Shown piece after piece: positions 32,735 through 42,524 of a stretch of DNA of 64,000 nt (the first letter of the stretch is position 1; the number at the start of each line of letters is the position of its first letter). The notes beneath the pieces were generated by a model, which searched no databases, was not told the DNA's origin, and was given only the letters and a program-made list of their open reading frames with translations. Position numbers and translations under genes: made by a program. The stretch comes from a virus (Duplodnaviria > Heunggongvirae > Uroviricota > Caudoviricetes): the IMG/VR virus record IMGVR_UViG_638275430_000001, positions 86,274-150,273 of that record; one strand, 5' to 3'.

Positions 32735-33504
32735 AAAAAATCGGAGAGTCCTCGCAGAATAACCGGCTCAGAATGTCCACACACAGGACACTTGACAGCT
32801 AATTCCATTGTAGTCTGAGGAATATCATTCACAAACTTAGCCATTTTCTCATATCCGTCTTTGTCCAGATAATCCAATAGCTCGATCAGTTCCTCATGCT
32901 TAATATCTTCACCGACTCGCATTACGTCTCCGTTTAAGTGAACTTCCTCAACACAGCGCATTGTGATATCAAACAAATCAGATTCTTTTTCTACGTCAAA
33001 GAATTCGGATTCATATACGGTCGGATAACGCATCTTGATTGATAGCTTATCGCTGACTTTGATCATACTTTCTGGGACGCGGGACAATTTAGCGCGGCGC
33101 AGATCAGCGTTGATTTTAATTTGAGTTGAGCACTGGTGTTGCACTTGAACTCCATTGAACATCACAGGATTGCCTTCTTCATCAACACTGTCAACCATAT
33201 TCTGACAGATAAACGCAACAGGAACAACTGAGGTGCCCTTGGAGAGCTTCCACACAGCTAGATAGATCGTCTCTATGTCGAAAATTGGAAGCGTCTCCAA
33301 ATCGATTCCAGCCGTGTCAATCACGCAGTTCTTGAGAACTTGAATCATCGCTTCTTCCATAGACGACTCGCTTTCATGAGCCAACATCAAGATCTTATAT
33401 TCTTTTACCAAGAATGCACGAACTCGAACTTTCTTACCGTTTGACAGCTTGACGCTTGATTGTTGAACAGCTTCAAGAAGCATGTCCCTTGTAAACTTTG
33501 CCAT
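32728..33504 (-). CDS. 26: gp26-like baseplate hub assembly chaperone
   Basis: RAFLVKEY, MRYP and CPVCG...ILRGLSDFF motifs. Confidence 0.85.
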   Translation of the reverse strand: MAKFTRDMLLEAVQQSSVKLSNGKKVRVRAFLVKEYKILMLAHESESSMEEAMIQVLKNCVIDTAGIDLETLPIFDIETIYLAVWKLSKGTSVVPVAFICQNMVDSVDEEGNPVMFNGVQVQHQCSTQIKINADLRRAKLSRVPESMIKVSDKLSIKMRYPTVYESEFFDVEKESDLFDITMRCVEEVHLNGDVMRVGEDIKHEELIELLDYLDKDGYEKMAKFVNDIPQTTMELAVKCPVCGHSEPVILRGLSDFFD

Positions 33505-33526
33505 TAAAAACTCCTTTAGTTAATCT

Positions 33527-33534
33527 TATTTATA
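33527..33534 (-). promoter_or_regulatory. Canonical T4 late promoter TATAAATA
   Basis: Exact match upstream of gene 26. Confidence 0.85.
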
Positions 33535-33665
33535 GAAACGCTCGCAAACTTCACCAATCGAATGGAGAAGCGATTCGAACTACCTATAGTACGAACGTAT
33601 CAGTTAGGTAACAAATCGATTATAGAGCATTCCATATAGATAGTAATCAAGCAGGCGAGTCGATA

Positions 33666-33800
33666 GACTGCGGCGCAGCCGCTCAATTGTTACTACCTAG
33701 TTATAAAAAGACAAAATAAAATCTCTTATAGATCTTTAATGAGAATCTATTTTGTCTTCTTCAATGAAATCAATAAGTTAGCTCACTACGTTCGCGATCT
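33666..33800 (+). repeat. Dispersed palindromic repeat, copy 2
   Basis: Same core as 3690; extra spacer after the GC hairpin. Confidence 0.95.
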
Positions 33801-33855
33801 TGCGATCATTGATTTCTGGAAGAGACTACTTTATGAACTAATGTAAACAGTCGCT

Positions 33856-33970
33856 AGACTGCGGCGTAGCCGCTAGAAAGACAAAATAAAATCTCTTATA
33901 GATCTTTAATGAGAATCTATCTTGTCTTTTTCAATTAAATCAATAAGTTAGCTCGCTACGCTCGCAATCT
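33856..33970 (+). repeat. Dispersed palindromic repeat, copy 3 (tandem with copy 2)
   Basis: Same core, one substitution in the right arm. Confidence 0.95.
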
Positions 33971-34009
33971 TACGATAGTTTACTGACTGGTACTTGCATC
34001 ATATAATGA

Positions 34010-35005
34010 TTATGCATTTCTGATACCGCGTACCATTCCCTTAGCTCTGTTATAGAACGACTCAACCGAGTTGATCAAATTATCTTTACCGGCATGTTCG
34101 GCATGAATCATTGTGCTGACTGTAAATTCAACCTCAAATGTCGCTACTTGGTTGTTATTCTCAAAGTCTAGTTGAACTTCACCAACTCGGGTAGGGAAAC
34201 ATCCGTCACTGTGAACAACGGAAGTCATTACTCCGCGTCTGTTTAGTGTCACGATATCGATATCTCTTGCGTAATTGCTATAAAAGCCAAATGTACCCTT
34301 CTTCGGATTATGAATAGAGTTCATCCAAGTTAAAAACCAAATGCGCTCCGCATAATCGGAAGAGCAATAAAATGTCATTCTAATTGGGTCAACTGTTCTA
34401 TTTCGAACTTCCGTAAACGGTTTTCGTTCGTTATAGTTTGTTTGAGTGTCGAAACTCACACCCGGTAAATTAACAGACTTGACCATTAATGCCAGATCAC
34501 GGTTGACGTCATAATCAGATCCCAAGAATCCGTCTAGTAATTCACCTGCACCAGGAATCATTCTCACTAGCGTTGGGTCAATCGCTCCCATAATATTCTT
34601 GATCTTCGGACTCAATAACTTTTTGCCCTGATTCATCGCTATATCCTGAATACGATGCCACTGAAAACTTGTACCACCGAAGAATCCACCGGTTGACTTG
34701 TTGATCGCATCACCAATCCCACCAATTGTCTCGCCTAGTGGACCCAAATGTCCCAAAATACCGTCCGCGGAAGCAACGGATTTAAAATCACCAAATCGAA
34801 CAAGAAACGTATTTGCTCTTGCCAAATCTTTATTCTCAATCACTCGCATAAAACGCGCAAAGTCCGGAGTTGAATTCGGATCATCTGCTAATCTATCTGC
34901 AATATAATCAATGCCGTCCGATAATGCCGTACTCGCCATCCCAGGAATTTTACCAGGAATCTCTTTGATATAATTCGCGGCAGTATCCATTAAACTTAAA
35001 CCCAT
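34010..35005 (-). CDS. 54: gp54 baseplate tail-tube initiator
   Basis: DLARAN.F.V.F, MVKSVNLPG and DPIRMTF motifs. Confidence 0.85.
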   Translation of the reverse strand: MGLSLMDTAANYIKEIPGKIPGMASTALSDGIDYIADRLADDPNSTPDFARFMRVIENKDLARANTFLVRFGDFKSVASADGILGHLGPLGETIGGIGDAINKSTGGFFGGTSFQWHRIQDIAMNQGKKLLSPKIKNIMGAIDPTLVRMIPGAGELLDGFLGSDYDVNRDLALMVKSVNLPGVSFDTQTNYNERKPFTEVRNRTVDPIRMTFYCSSDYAERIWFLTWMNSIHNPKKGTFGFYSNYARDIDIVTLNRRGVMTSVVHSDGCFPTRVGEVQLDFENNNQVATFEVEFTVSTMIHAEHAGKDNLINSVESFYNRAKGMVRGIRNA

Positions 35006-35023
35006 TTTAATTCTCCAAATAGT

Positions 35024-35046
35024 AAAAAGGCGGCATTCGCCGCCTT
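35024..35046 (-). terminator. Rho-independent terminator
   Basis: GGCGGC/GCCGCC hairpin plus U tract. Confidence 0.8.
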
Positions 35047-35053
35047 GTGTAAA

Positions 35054-36052
35054 TTAATAACTCTTCCAAACTTTTTGTGCACCAAACGATTTGCTCTGAG
35101 GACCAGATACAAATTTCTGAGTCGGTAAGAACACAGCATTCACCCAGTCTTGTGGCTTGATCTCAATCATGCCGCCTTTGATTCTCTGAGGAATATATGC
35201 CTTGATCATGTGCTCCGCACCACGCATCGATTTAACTTTGTCCCAGTTAATCTTTAGTGTCGTCTTGTTTGTGATACGATCTGTGCTCGCATATTTCAGC
35301 AACTCTTCCAAGAAATCTTTTCTTGCTTTTGGCGGAATATAGTGCAAGTTCAAACCCATCATCAATCCAGGATATCTCAGACTCGGTCCCAGATATACAA
35401 TAAGAGGATATACATCCCAATACGGTAGCGTGTCTTTATGCTTCGCGTCGTAGATATAGGTATACAATTTCCCAATCTGAGGTTTATTCGGTCTAAATCC
35501 TCGAACGTTTTTCTTGATAACATCGCTAAACCACTCAGCCGATTTCTTCTCATTCTTTTGAATGGAATCGCGAGTTCTTGCCTTGACTTGAGCATTAAAA
35601 TCCTGTTTCAGTAGATCGTATTTCTGTTTCGCGCTCAACTTGGATTTATTTTTCATGCTATCTTCCAGATTCTTCTTGATGATAATATCATCCCTGAATT
35701 TTCTGAAAGCACGGCTCATAGTCTCTTTGTTGAGTTTCTTATCATCGGCGAACTGAGAAATGGAAATACCTTTGTCTTTAGCCCTTAGATAAGCAACACC
35801 AAGCTCTACCCATTGCGCTTTGTTCTTGTTCGGATTAATCGCGCTGTAATATTCCTTGATGTCGTCTTTGTAACGACGCATAGCGCGGCCAAACGTCTCG
35901 TATTTTAATCCGTTATCGTCTGCGAACTTCTTGACAGTCAAACTTGGATTCTTTTTCTTTGCGTCGAGAAACTTAACGCCGACGTCGATCCATGCTTTCT
36001 TATTACGCTTTTCAGCCGGAGTTTCCGGAATCTGAACTTCCTCAAATATCAT
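35054..36052 (-). CDS. 2: gp2 DNA end protector
   Basis: YDAKHKDTLPYWD.YPLI and GLNLHYIPPKAR motifs. Confidence 0.95.
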   Translation of the reverse strand: MIFEEVQIPETPAEKRNKKAWIDVGVKFLDAKKKNPSLTVKKFADDNGLKYETFGRAMRRYKDDIKEYYSAINPNKNKAQWVELGVAYLRAKDKGISISQFADDKKLNKETMSRAFRKFRDDIIIKKNLEDSMKNKSKLSAKQKYDLLKQDFNAQVKARTRDSIQKNEKKSAEWFSDVIKKNVRGFRPNKPQIGKLYTYIYDAKHKDTLPYWDVYPLIVYLGPSLRYPGLMMGLNLHYIPPKARKDFLEELLKYASTDRITNKTTLKINWDKVKSMRGAEHMIKAYIPQRIKGGMIEIKPQDWVNAVFLPTQKFVSGPQSKSFGAQKVWKSY

Positions 36053-36512
36053 CTTTCACTCCCTTAAAGCCCATTCGCTTTAGTGTGTCTTCGGTGATTA
36101 TATTAAATCTCCACCCTTTTTGTTCGCATACTTTGATTGCAGCTTTCCATTTTGACGTATTAACGCCCCATGTATATACTTCCTGTGCGAATCTCTTTTT
36201 CGCTGCTGCTGTATTTCGATTCGGCATCTGCGGAGGCATTGTTTCTTTGCGAGGCTTAACTTCCCAAAGTGAAATGCTGCCATTTTTCCAGCACACAGTC
36301 ATGTCCATGAAGTATCGTCTTTTCTTTCCGTCTGCTTCTGAGAAATAAGGAATAACCGTTTCTTCCGAATTCCACCATTTGACTTCTGGGTTTCTGTCAA
36401 GCATTTTCATGATGAAAAGCTCCCAGCTACTCCGATACGTGATCTTGGAGGCATCGCCTCTGTATTTTTCTTTGTTTTCAGGCACAAACTTGCCTTTATA
36501 TGTTTCTGCCAT
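36042..36512 (-). CDS. 4: gp4 head completion nuclease
   Basis: YRSSWE, WNSEE..IPY, RYFMD and EVKP motifs. Confidence 0.95.
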   Translation of the reverse strand: MAETYKGKFVPENKEKYRGDASKITYRSSWELFIMKMLDRNPEVKWWNSEETVIPYFSEADGKKRRYFMDMTVCWKNGSISLWEVKPRKETMPPQMPNRNTAAAKKRFAQEVYTWGVNTSKWKAAIKVCEQKGWRFNIITEDTLKRMGFKGVKDDI

Positions 36513-36530
36513 AATGAACTCCTTTAACTG

Positions 36531-36544
36531 TATTTAGCTAAATA
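36531..36544. promoter_or_regulatory. Back-to-back divergent late promoters
   Basis: Perfect palindrome TATTTAG-CTAAATA at the strand switch between genes 4 and 48. Confidence 0.75.
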
Positions 36545-36564
36545 ATCATAAAAGGAGCTTAATA

Positions 36565-37641
36565 ATGGCCAACAAAACAGTCACTATGTTAAACAACGGT
36601 GTCAAGACTATTTCAGACGCCGCTGGTAAATTTATCGGTGAATTTCTAAGTTCGCCGAGCGGCGAAACTGGGATTCAAGCATTACAATATCCACTCGCTA
36701 TGAAAGGCGAGGCAGATCGCCACAAAAACTATCTATGTTTTTATGCCGTTGATGCAACTGCACAGGGTTTGAGCAATTCGGATATTCAAAATCGGAGTCT
36801 GAATAGCGTTAGTGGTAAATTCAACGAGAAAACAATTGCCGTTATTCAGATGTACATGCCTAGTTTAAACCAAAATATCAGTCATGAATACAGCGATAAT
36901 GATGGCGGTTTCTTGCAAGATATGATGATGAACTATGCTGGCTCTGCTGGCTCCGGTATTATCGAGACGGGCAAAGATCTGGGTATTGCGCTTGCGAAAA
37001 CTGCGATTCAACAAGTAACCGTTAATCTGGGAAAAGCAACTCAACAATATAACGCGCAATTAAGCGGTAAAGTATTGGGTAGCAGAAGTGCTAATATGTA
37101 CAAAAATACATCACTTAGATCCCAAACGTTTTTGTACAACTTGCGTCCTAAGAACTTAGCGGAACTAAAAGAAGTTGGACAGATCATCCGTGCTTTCTTG
37201 TTGTATAGCTCTGCATCTTCGGAGGGAGCGACTTCTATCAACTCGATGATAGGTAGCATTGGCGGTAATGCGAACGTGCTCCAAAGTGAGCTTGGAAGCG
37301 GCGGTGGGTCTGAGAGTATTCAAGTGTTGAAAGTGCCTCCTCTTTGGTATCTGGAAGAACGAATTAACAGTCAGGCTGCATCAGCGGAGATCAGATATAC
37401 ACCAAAGTTTGCAATGGGTCCTTGTGCGCTAACTAATATTCGTATAACTAGCACACCGGAACAGATTTACAACTCATTCGAGGGCACTGCTGGTGACCCA
37501 ATTGCTATTGACTTGGAACTGACATTCACTGAATTGCGTCCTGTGTTCAGAGAATATTGGGACAACTTGACAAAGAATTTAGGCGCACAAGATTCAGGGC
37601 AATTCTTCTTTGGATCATACGGAAGTAAGGAAAGCAAATAA
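36565..37641 (+). CDS. 48: gp48 baseplate tail-tube cap
   Basis: QYPL, R.QTF.YNLRPKN..E, FGPC-like and LELTFTE motifs. Confidence 0.8.
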   Translation: MANKTVTMLNNGVKTISDAAGKFIGEFLSSPSGETGIQALQYPLAMKGEADRHKNYLCFYAVDATAQGLSNSDIQNRSLNSVSGKFNEKTIAVIQMYMPSLNQNISHEYSDNDGGFLQDMMMNYAGSAGSGIIETGKDLGIALAKTAIQQVTVNLGKATQQYNAQLSGKVLGSRSANMYKNTSLRSQTFLYNLRPKNLAELKEVGQIIRAFLLYSSASSEGATSINSMIGSIGGNANVLQSELGSGGGSESIQVLKVPPLWYLEERINSQAASAEIRYTPKFAMGPCALTNIRITSTPEQIYNSFEGTAGDPIAIDLELTFTELRPVFREYWDNLTKNLGAQDSGQFFFGSYGSKESK

Positions 37642-38207
37642 TGTTGATGCAATTTTTTGACCCAATTACATACAACGGTATTCCAACTGCGAACATTTTT
37701 AAAAGCTACGGTAAGTATTTCAATGAAGTCGCTGGTAGCTTTATTCTACGTCGATATTTCGTGACGGGTGATCCCCGTCCCGAATTACTTGCACATAGAT
37801 TATACGGAAATAGTTCATACTACTGGATTTTGTTGATGTTGAATAACATATATGACCCATTTCATGGGTGGATTAAGTCGCAGGAACAAGTATATAGTTC
37901 CGCAGCGCAAAAGTATAAGAACATGCCCGACAAAGAAAATACCGTGTTGTATCACGTTGATTCGGAAGGGAAGCGTTATTACAGAATGAAAGAATTTCCG
38001 ATTGGCTCAAAGAACTGGTATGATATTGGTGATAATCTGAATAGATTTATTCAGCACACCGGAGCACTTGCTCCTGTTAGTGCAATTGAGCATGAATTAA
38101 ACGAGAACGAAAACAAACGAAATATTGTTATTCTGAGTCCGTCCGATTTACAAACATTCTTGGACATGTTGACTCGTAGAATGGAGAGAGTTCGCCGTGG
38201 CAGTTGA
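37641..38207 (+). CDS. 53: gp53 baseplate wedge
   Basis: RPELLAH.LYGN..YYWILLMLN.IYDPF. Confidence 0.92.
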   Translation: MLMQFFDPITYNGIPTANIFKSYGKYFNEVAGSFILRRYFVTGDPRPELLAHRLYGNSSYYWILLMLNNIYDPFHGWIKSQEQVYSSAAQKYKNMPDKENTVLYHVDSEGKRYYRMKEFPIGSKNWYDIGDNLNRFIQHTGALAPVSAIEHELNENENKRNIVILSPSDLQTFLDMLTRRMERVRRGS

Positions 38208-39423
38208 ACGCATTAGTGCCAGTTCGCTTGAGAATTTCACCATTGAGCGAATATTGGTAATGCAGGGTGAAAACGGATTTGAAGTAAGTGATGCCTTTTA
38301 TTCAATCGAGATTAACGAGGGAATGACAAAGGGGTTTATAACTGGTGTGTTGACTATCAAAAACGATGCTGATTTTCTTGACACCGCTATGAATCCACGA
38401 GGAGACGAATTTATCGAAATTAGTTTCTATCACAAATATCCGGGCGGTGGATCCGGTAAAAAGTTTTCTAAGCTGTTTCGCGTCAACTCATATAAAGAAA
38501 TGACGGACGCTAATACAATGAGCCGCGGTTTGATTGAATTCCACTTTGAAAGTGTAGGCTCAGTTGAAAATGAATTTGTTCGTGTTTCCAAGTCATACGC
38601 AAACGTTGGTACTCACGTTATTGTTGCTGATATGCTCAAGCTATTGGGCTATAAGGACAGTGATATGAAAATCGAGCCAACGTTGTATAACAAAGACATT
38701 GTTATTCCAAACATAACACCAGTTGAAGTAATTGGACATTTGGTAGATCACTCTCAATCGGGTGACTCAATCACGAAAGGAGATAGTAACTTTTATTTCT
38801 TCGAGAACAGGGATCAGATCAACTTTGTTAGTGGGTCAAGTCTTGTGAATGCCGCTCCGGTTGCAACTTATGTTTATAGCATGACGAGCGATCAAAATTT
38901 TCAGGGAAAAGTTATTAAGTTTATCCGTGATCGAGGATATAACTTGAGGGATCAGGCAAGAAGCGGTGCATTTGGTGTGACCGTTATTTCAAACAGTCTG
39001 GTAGACAAAAGTTATAAAGTAACTCCATTGGAAGTCGAAAGCGTCAAAGAAGTATACAAGACGTTAAACACTGATAAGTGGTACGGTGGTACTATCGGAA
39101 ATAATCGCGATTCGTGCGTTATGATGTCCTGTGAAGATCAGATGTATCAATATCTGAATATGGGAGCAAACGGTAACAGCCTCGGTATTCAAAGAGTAAA
39201 TAGATCAAACTTCAATGCTAAAAGAGCATTTGCTCGCATTGGCGGAAATACCGACATTACAAGTGGAAGTGTTATTGACTTGAAAGTGCCGAGTATGAGC
39301 GGAACAAACAATAACAGAGATAGCGGCAAGTGGATCGTTTTCTCTGTTCGTCATTTCATAACGAGAGAGCAATATTTTATGGATCTTGAGTTAATGAGTG
39401 ATTCAGATATTAGGAGATCATAA
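38197..39423 (+). CDS. gp27-like baseplate hub protein
   Basis: 408 aa between 53 and 5; YFFENRD..NF and SGKW.V.SVRH hub-like motifs. Confidence 0.65.
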   Translation: MAVERISASSLENFTIERILVMQGENGFEVSDAFYSIEINEGMTKGFITGVLTIKNDADFLDTAMNPRGDEFIEISFYHKYPGGGSGKKFSKLFRVNSYKEMTDANTMSRGLIEFHFESVGSVENEFVRVSKSYANVGTHVIVADMLKLLGYKDSDMKIEPTLYNKDIVIPNITPVEVIGHLVDHSQSGDSITKGDSNFYFFENRDQINFVSGSSLVNAAPVATYVYSMTSDQNFQGKVIKFIRDRGYNLRDQARSGAFGVTVISNSLVDKSYKVTPLEVESVKEVYKTLNTDKWYGGTIGNNRDSCVMMSCEDQMYQYLNMGANGNSLGIQRVNRSNFNAKRAFARIGGNTDITSGSVIDLKVPSMSGTNNNRDSGKWIVFSVRHFITREQYFMDLELMSDSDIRRS

Positions 39424-41237
39424 TGTTTTATGGTTTGAGTTATAAATGGTTTGAGGGGGTCGTTGAGGATCGATTTGACCCTCTCGATCTCGGACGTGTT
39501 CGTGTTCGTGTTATGGGAATTCATAGCAATCAAAAAGCAAAGAACGACAAGAACGGTATTCCAACGGAAGAGTTATTGTGGATGCATCCAATGCTACCAA
39601 TTACTTCTGCTGCTGTTTCTGGCATAGGACAAAGTCCAACCGGCTTATTAGAAGGATCTCACGTTGTCGGGTATTTCAGAGATAAATTCTGTCAAGACGG
39701 GGTTATTGTTGGGTCTCTTCCTGGGATTTACAAAAATAAGCCGGATTCATCTAAAGGATTTGCTGATCCGAACGGACAATATCCTAGATATGTTGGAAAT
39801 GACGTTAACGTGTTGGCGGGTGGCGGTCAAGCAGGCAGCGGTAGTTCTGGCAGCGGTGCAATGGTTGGTCCAGGTGGTGAGCCAATCGACGTATACACAC
39901 AAAATGAAAATACAGGCATCGCCATTAAGCCAGACGATACACCAGCTGGAGAATATATTCCAGATGATGATCCTAATTTCACAATCGAAAAGATGCTTGT
40001 TCAGGATGAAGGTGTTCGCACCAAATGGTATCTTGACTCGGAGGGATATCCAACAATCGGCATCGGCCATCTTATTATTCGCGAGAGAACATCCAACTTG
40101 GTGACTATCAACTCAATTTTGAGTGCTCAACTAGGTAGAGTTGTTACTGGTGGCGTTATTACATCGGAAGAAGTTAGTAAACTATTTTCACAGGACTTGA
40201 ATAAAGTTCGCGCCGATATTATGCGATTCACTTCTATTTCCCAAGTCTACATGAAAGCAAATAGATCTCGCCAAATGGCTATCGAGAATATGTGTTTTCA
40301 GATGGGCGCGGGAGGTCTAGCTAAGTTCAAGAACACGCTTGCGGCTATGGCACGTGAAGACTGGACTGCCGCTTACAACGGATTGCGCGATTCGCTATGG
40401 GCTAGACAGACTCCAGGACGCTCTGCCAGAGTTTCGAAAATCATTCTGACTGGTAACTTAGAGTCGTATGGTGTAATGACTCCAGAGACGGCTCCTAAGC
40501 TCAAACGTATGAATAACGAAGACCCTATTGGTACAGTTGCATCGAACGATTGGATTGAAGATTCTGATGATCCAGAAAATCCGCCGGCGGAAGCTAAATC
40601 TCGTATTATGTTCGAGGAGCCAAAGTCTAGTTATGCCGCACAATATCCGTACAATCATGTTTATGAGTCGGAGAGTGGGCATATTCAAGAATTCGACGAT
40701 ACCCCGGGTAAAGAGCGTTATCACAGAAAACATCCAACCGGTACTTTTGAAGAAATTCGACCTGACGGTAGTCGTTTGGTGAAAATCGTTGGTGATGATT
40801 ATCTTATTGTCAAGAACGGAAGAAATCTAAACGTCAAGGGCAATTTGAAAGTTGTTATTGAGGGAAATGCCGAGCTGTATTATATGGGTAATGTCACGCA
40901 GACAATCGACGGTAATATGACCCAAATGGTAAGAGGCAACGTTCAAGAGACTGTGGAAGGTAGCGTCAATCAGCACGTTGTTGGTAACGTAGATCAATTC
41001 ATTGAAGGAAACGTTGGACAAGTTATTAGTGGAAACGTCAATCAGAAAATTGACGGCAACGTGACTCAGGGAATTAAGGGAAATCAAACATCAAGCGTTG
41101 ACGGTAATTATAAGTTGACTGTTAAAGGAAGTTATGACGTTGAAGCCACCGGTAATGCAAAAATGAAAGGTGCAAACGCGACTATGGAAGCACAGGGTAC
41201 TGCTCAGATTAGTGGTGCAACAATTAACATGAACTAA
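39423..41237 (+). CDS. 5: gp5 baseplate hub / tail lysozyme
   Basis: OB fold (GVVEDRFDPLDLGRVRVR), lysozyme domain (EG...YLDSEGYPTIGIGH), VxGN beta-helix repeats. Confidence 0.97.
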   Translation: MFYGLSYKWFEGVVEDRFDPLDLGRVRVRVMGIHSNQKAKNDKNGIPTEELLWMHPMLPITSAAVSGIGQSPTGLLEGSHVVGYFRDKFCQDGVIVGSLPGIYKNKPDSSKGFADPNGQYPRYVGNDVNVLAGGGQAGSGSSGSGAMVGPGGEPIDVYTQNENTGIAIKPDDTPAGEYIPDDDPNFTIEKMLVQDEGVRTKWYLDSEGYPTIGIGHLIIRERTSNLVTINSILSAQLGRVVTGGVITSEEVSKLFSQDLNKVRADIMRFTSISQVYMKANRSRQMAIENMCFQMGAGGLAKFKNTLAAMAREDWTAAYNGLRDSLWARQTPGRSARVSKIILTGNLESYGVMTPETAPKLKRMNNEDPIGTVASNDWIEDSDDPENPPAEAKSRIMFEEPKSSYAAQYPYNHVYESESGHIQEFDDTPGKERYHRKHPTGTFEEIRPDGSRLVKIVGDDYLIVKNGRNLNVKGNLKVVIEGNAELYYMGNVTQTIDGNMTQMVRGNVQETVEGSVNQHVVGNVDQFIEGNVGQVISGNVNQKIDGNVTQGIKGNQTSSVDGNYKLTVKGSYDVEATGNAKMKGANATMEAQGTAQISGATINMN

Positions 41238-41245
41238 GAGGAAAT

Positions 41246-41797
41246 ATGGCAGCAATAACACCACCAACCGGTGGCTGGGAACAATATGCTAATATCTATG
41301 AGTTCTATGACGGAGCGGGCAATTTGCCCGTTTCCCATGAATTTGAATTTGATGTTAGTTTAGATCCAAATGAAATCGTTGTGTCAAAGGGAATCCAGAT
41401 ATCTGTTCCGATTGAAACATATGGAGGATCGCGTCTCGGTATGAAAGTTGTATCGAAATTCGTTGATTATTTCGAGAGAAACGGTGCCATTATGACGCTT
41501 AGATATCGAGATAGAAAGACTCTAGAAATAAAATCGGTGAACGGATTTAATAATCTCCCGAGTGACGCGAAAACGTGTGATGTTATTGAGTTCAATCCTC
41601 CTGGGGAATTGACTGCTCAAATAGTATACACACCAACAGCAACTATCAGAAAGATCGATTTACAGAACCCCACACTACCTCCTACCGTGTATAACGTAAC
41701 AGCGAAATACACTCAGACACTCCATGGATCATATCAGGGATGGGCAAATAAACTCAGAGATTACATAAATAAGAGTGGACCATTTCCGAGGATGTAA
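41246..41797 (+). CDS. gp5.1-like hypothetical protein
   Basis: Position between gene 5 and the PAAR-like gene. Confidence 0.6.
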   Translation: MAAITPPTGGWEQYANIYEFYDGAGNLPVSHEFEFDVSLDPNEIVVSKGIQISVPIETYGGSRLGMKVVSKFVDYFERNGAIMTLRYRDRKTLEIKSVNGFNNLPSDAKTCDVIEFNPPGELTAQIVYTPTATIRKIDLQNPTLPPTVYNVTAKYTQTLHGSYQGWANKLRDYINKSGPFPRM

Positions 41798-41798
41798 T

Positions 41799-42092
41799 AT
41801 GGCAGGCATTGTATTAAATATGGCCCCGACAATTGGACCGGGGCCATGGAAACCTTCAAAAGTTGTTGGCACTAGCTCTACGGTATTCGCAGAGGGCAAA
41901 CAAATCGTAGTCAGACAAGACGATCAAGTAATAAAACACGAACGACCGGACGGACCCGATTGGAAGCAAGGCAAAGTTATTGCGAGCACTTCCAAAGTAT
42001 TTGTCGAGGGCAAGCCAATTGCACAAATCGGAGATGTTTGTACCGATGGTGAAATATTGGTAAAGTCCGCGACGAGCGTATTTGCATCATAA
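41799..42092 (+). CDS. 5.4: PAAR-like spike tip (gp5.4)
   Basis: TSSTVFAEG, STSKVFVEGKPIAQIGD. Confidence 0.8.
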   Translation: MAGIVLNMAPTIGPGPWKPSKVVGTSSTVFAEGKQIVVRQDDQVIKHERPDGPDWKQGKVIASTSKVFVEGKPIAQIGDVCTDGEILVKSATSVFAS

Positions 42093-42101
42093 GGAGAAAT
42101 C

Positions 42102-42524
42102 ATGAGTTTGTTTAAAAATCGACTGAGATTATTGGCAGTCGAATCGAAGGAATATTATTCCGATATTGCGGCAGATTTCAGTCGAGATTTCAGAGATAAT
42201 GATGTTGGATCAGTGACTAACGTTAGTGCTGTTCAACAATCTATGGCTGGAATTATTGGAACGCGCCGTGGTGAGCGTCCATTCGATCCTAATTTCGGAT
42301 GCGATATACACAATTCTTTATTTGAAAACATGAGCGAGGCATCGGCTACCGCTATTGAACGCTCGATATACGATGCAATTGGCAACTATGAGCCTCGTGT
42401 TCGAGTCGAAAACGTATCCGTTATTCCTGTGTATGACCGAAACGAATATATCGTGACGTTATATTACAGATTAATCACGGATCTCAACTATTTGTATGAA
42501 CTTAAAATGGGAGTAGCTGGATAA
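42102..42524 (+). CDS. 25: gp25 baseplate wedge
   Basis: GERPFDPNFGC and NYEPRV motifs. Confidence 0.95.
   Translation: MSLFKNRLRLLAVESKEYYSDIAADFSRDFRDNDVGSVTNVSAVQQSMAGIIGTRRGERPFDPNFGCDIHNSLFENMSEASATAIERSIYDAIGNYEPRVRVENVSVIPVYDRNEYIVTLYYRLITDLNYLYELKMGVAG

Noticed and set aside
33768-33783. AATCAATAAGTTAGC as a dif/Xer or integrase attachment site
   Set aside because: It does not match the 28-bp dif layout, and no recombinase is present in the window.
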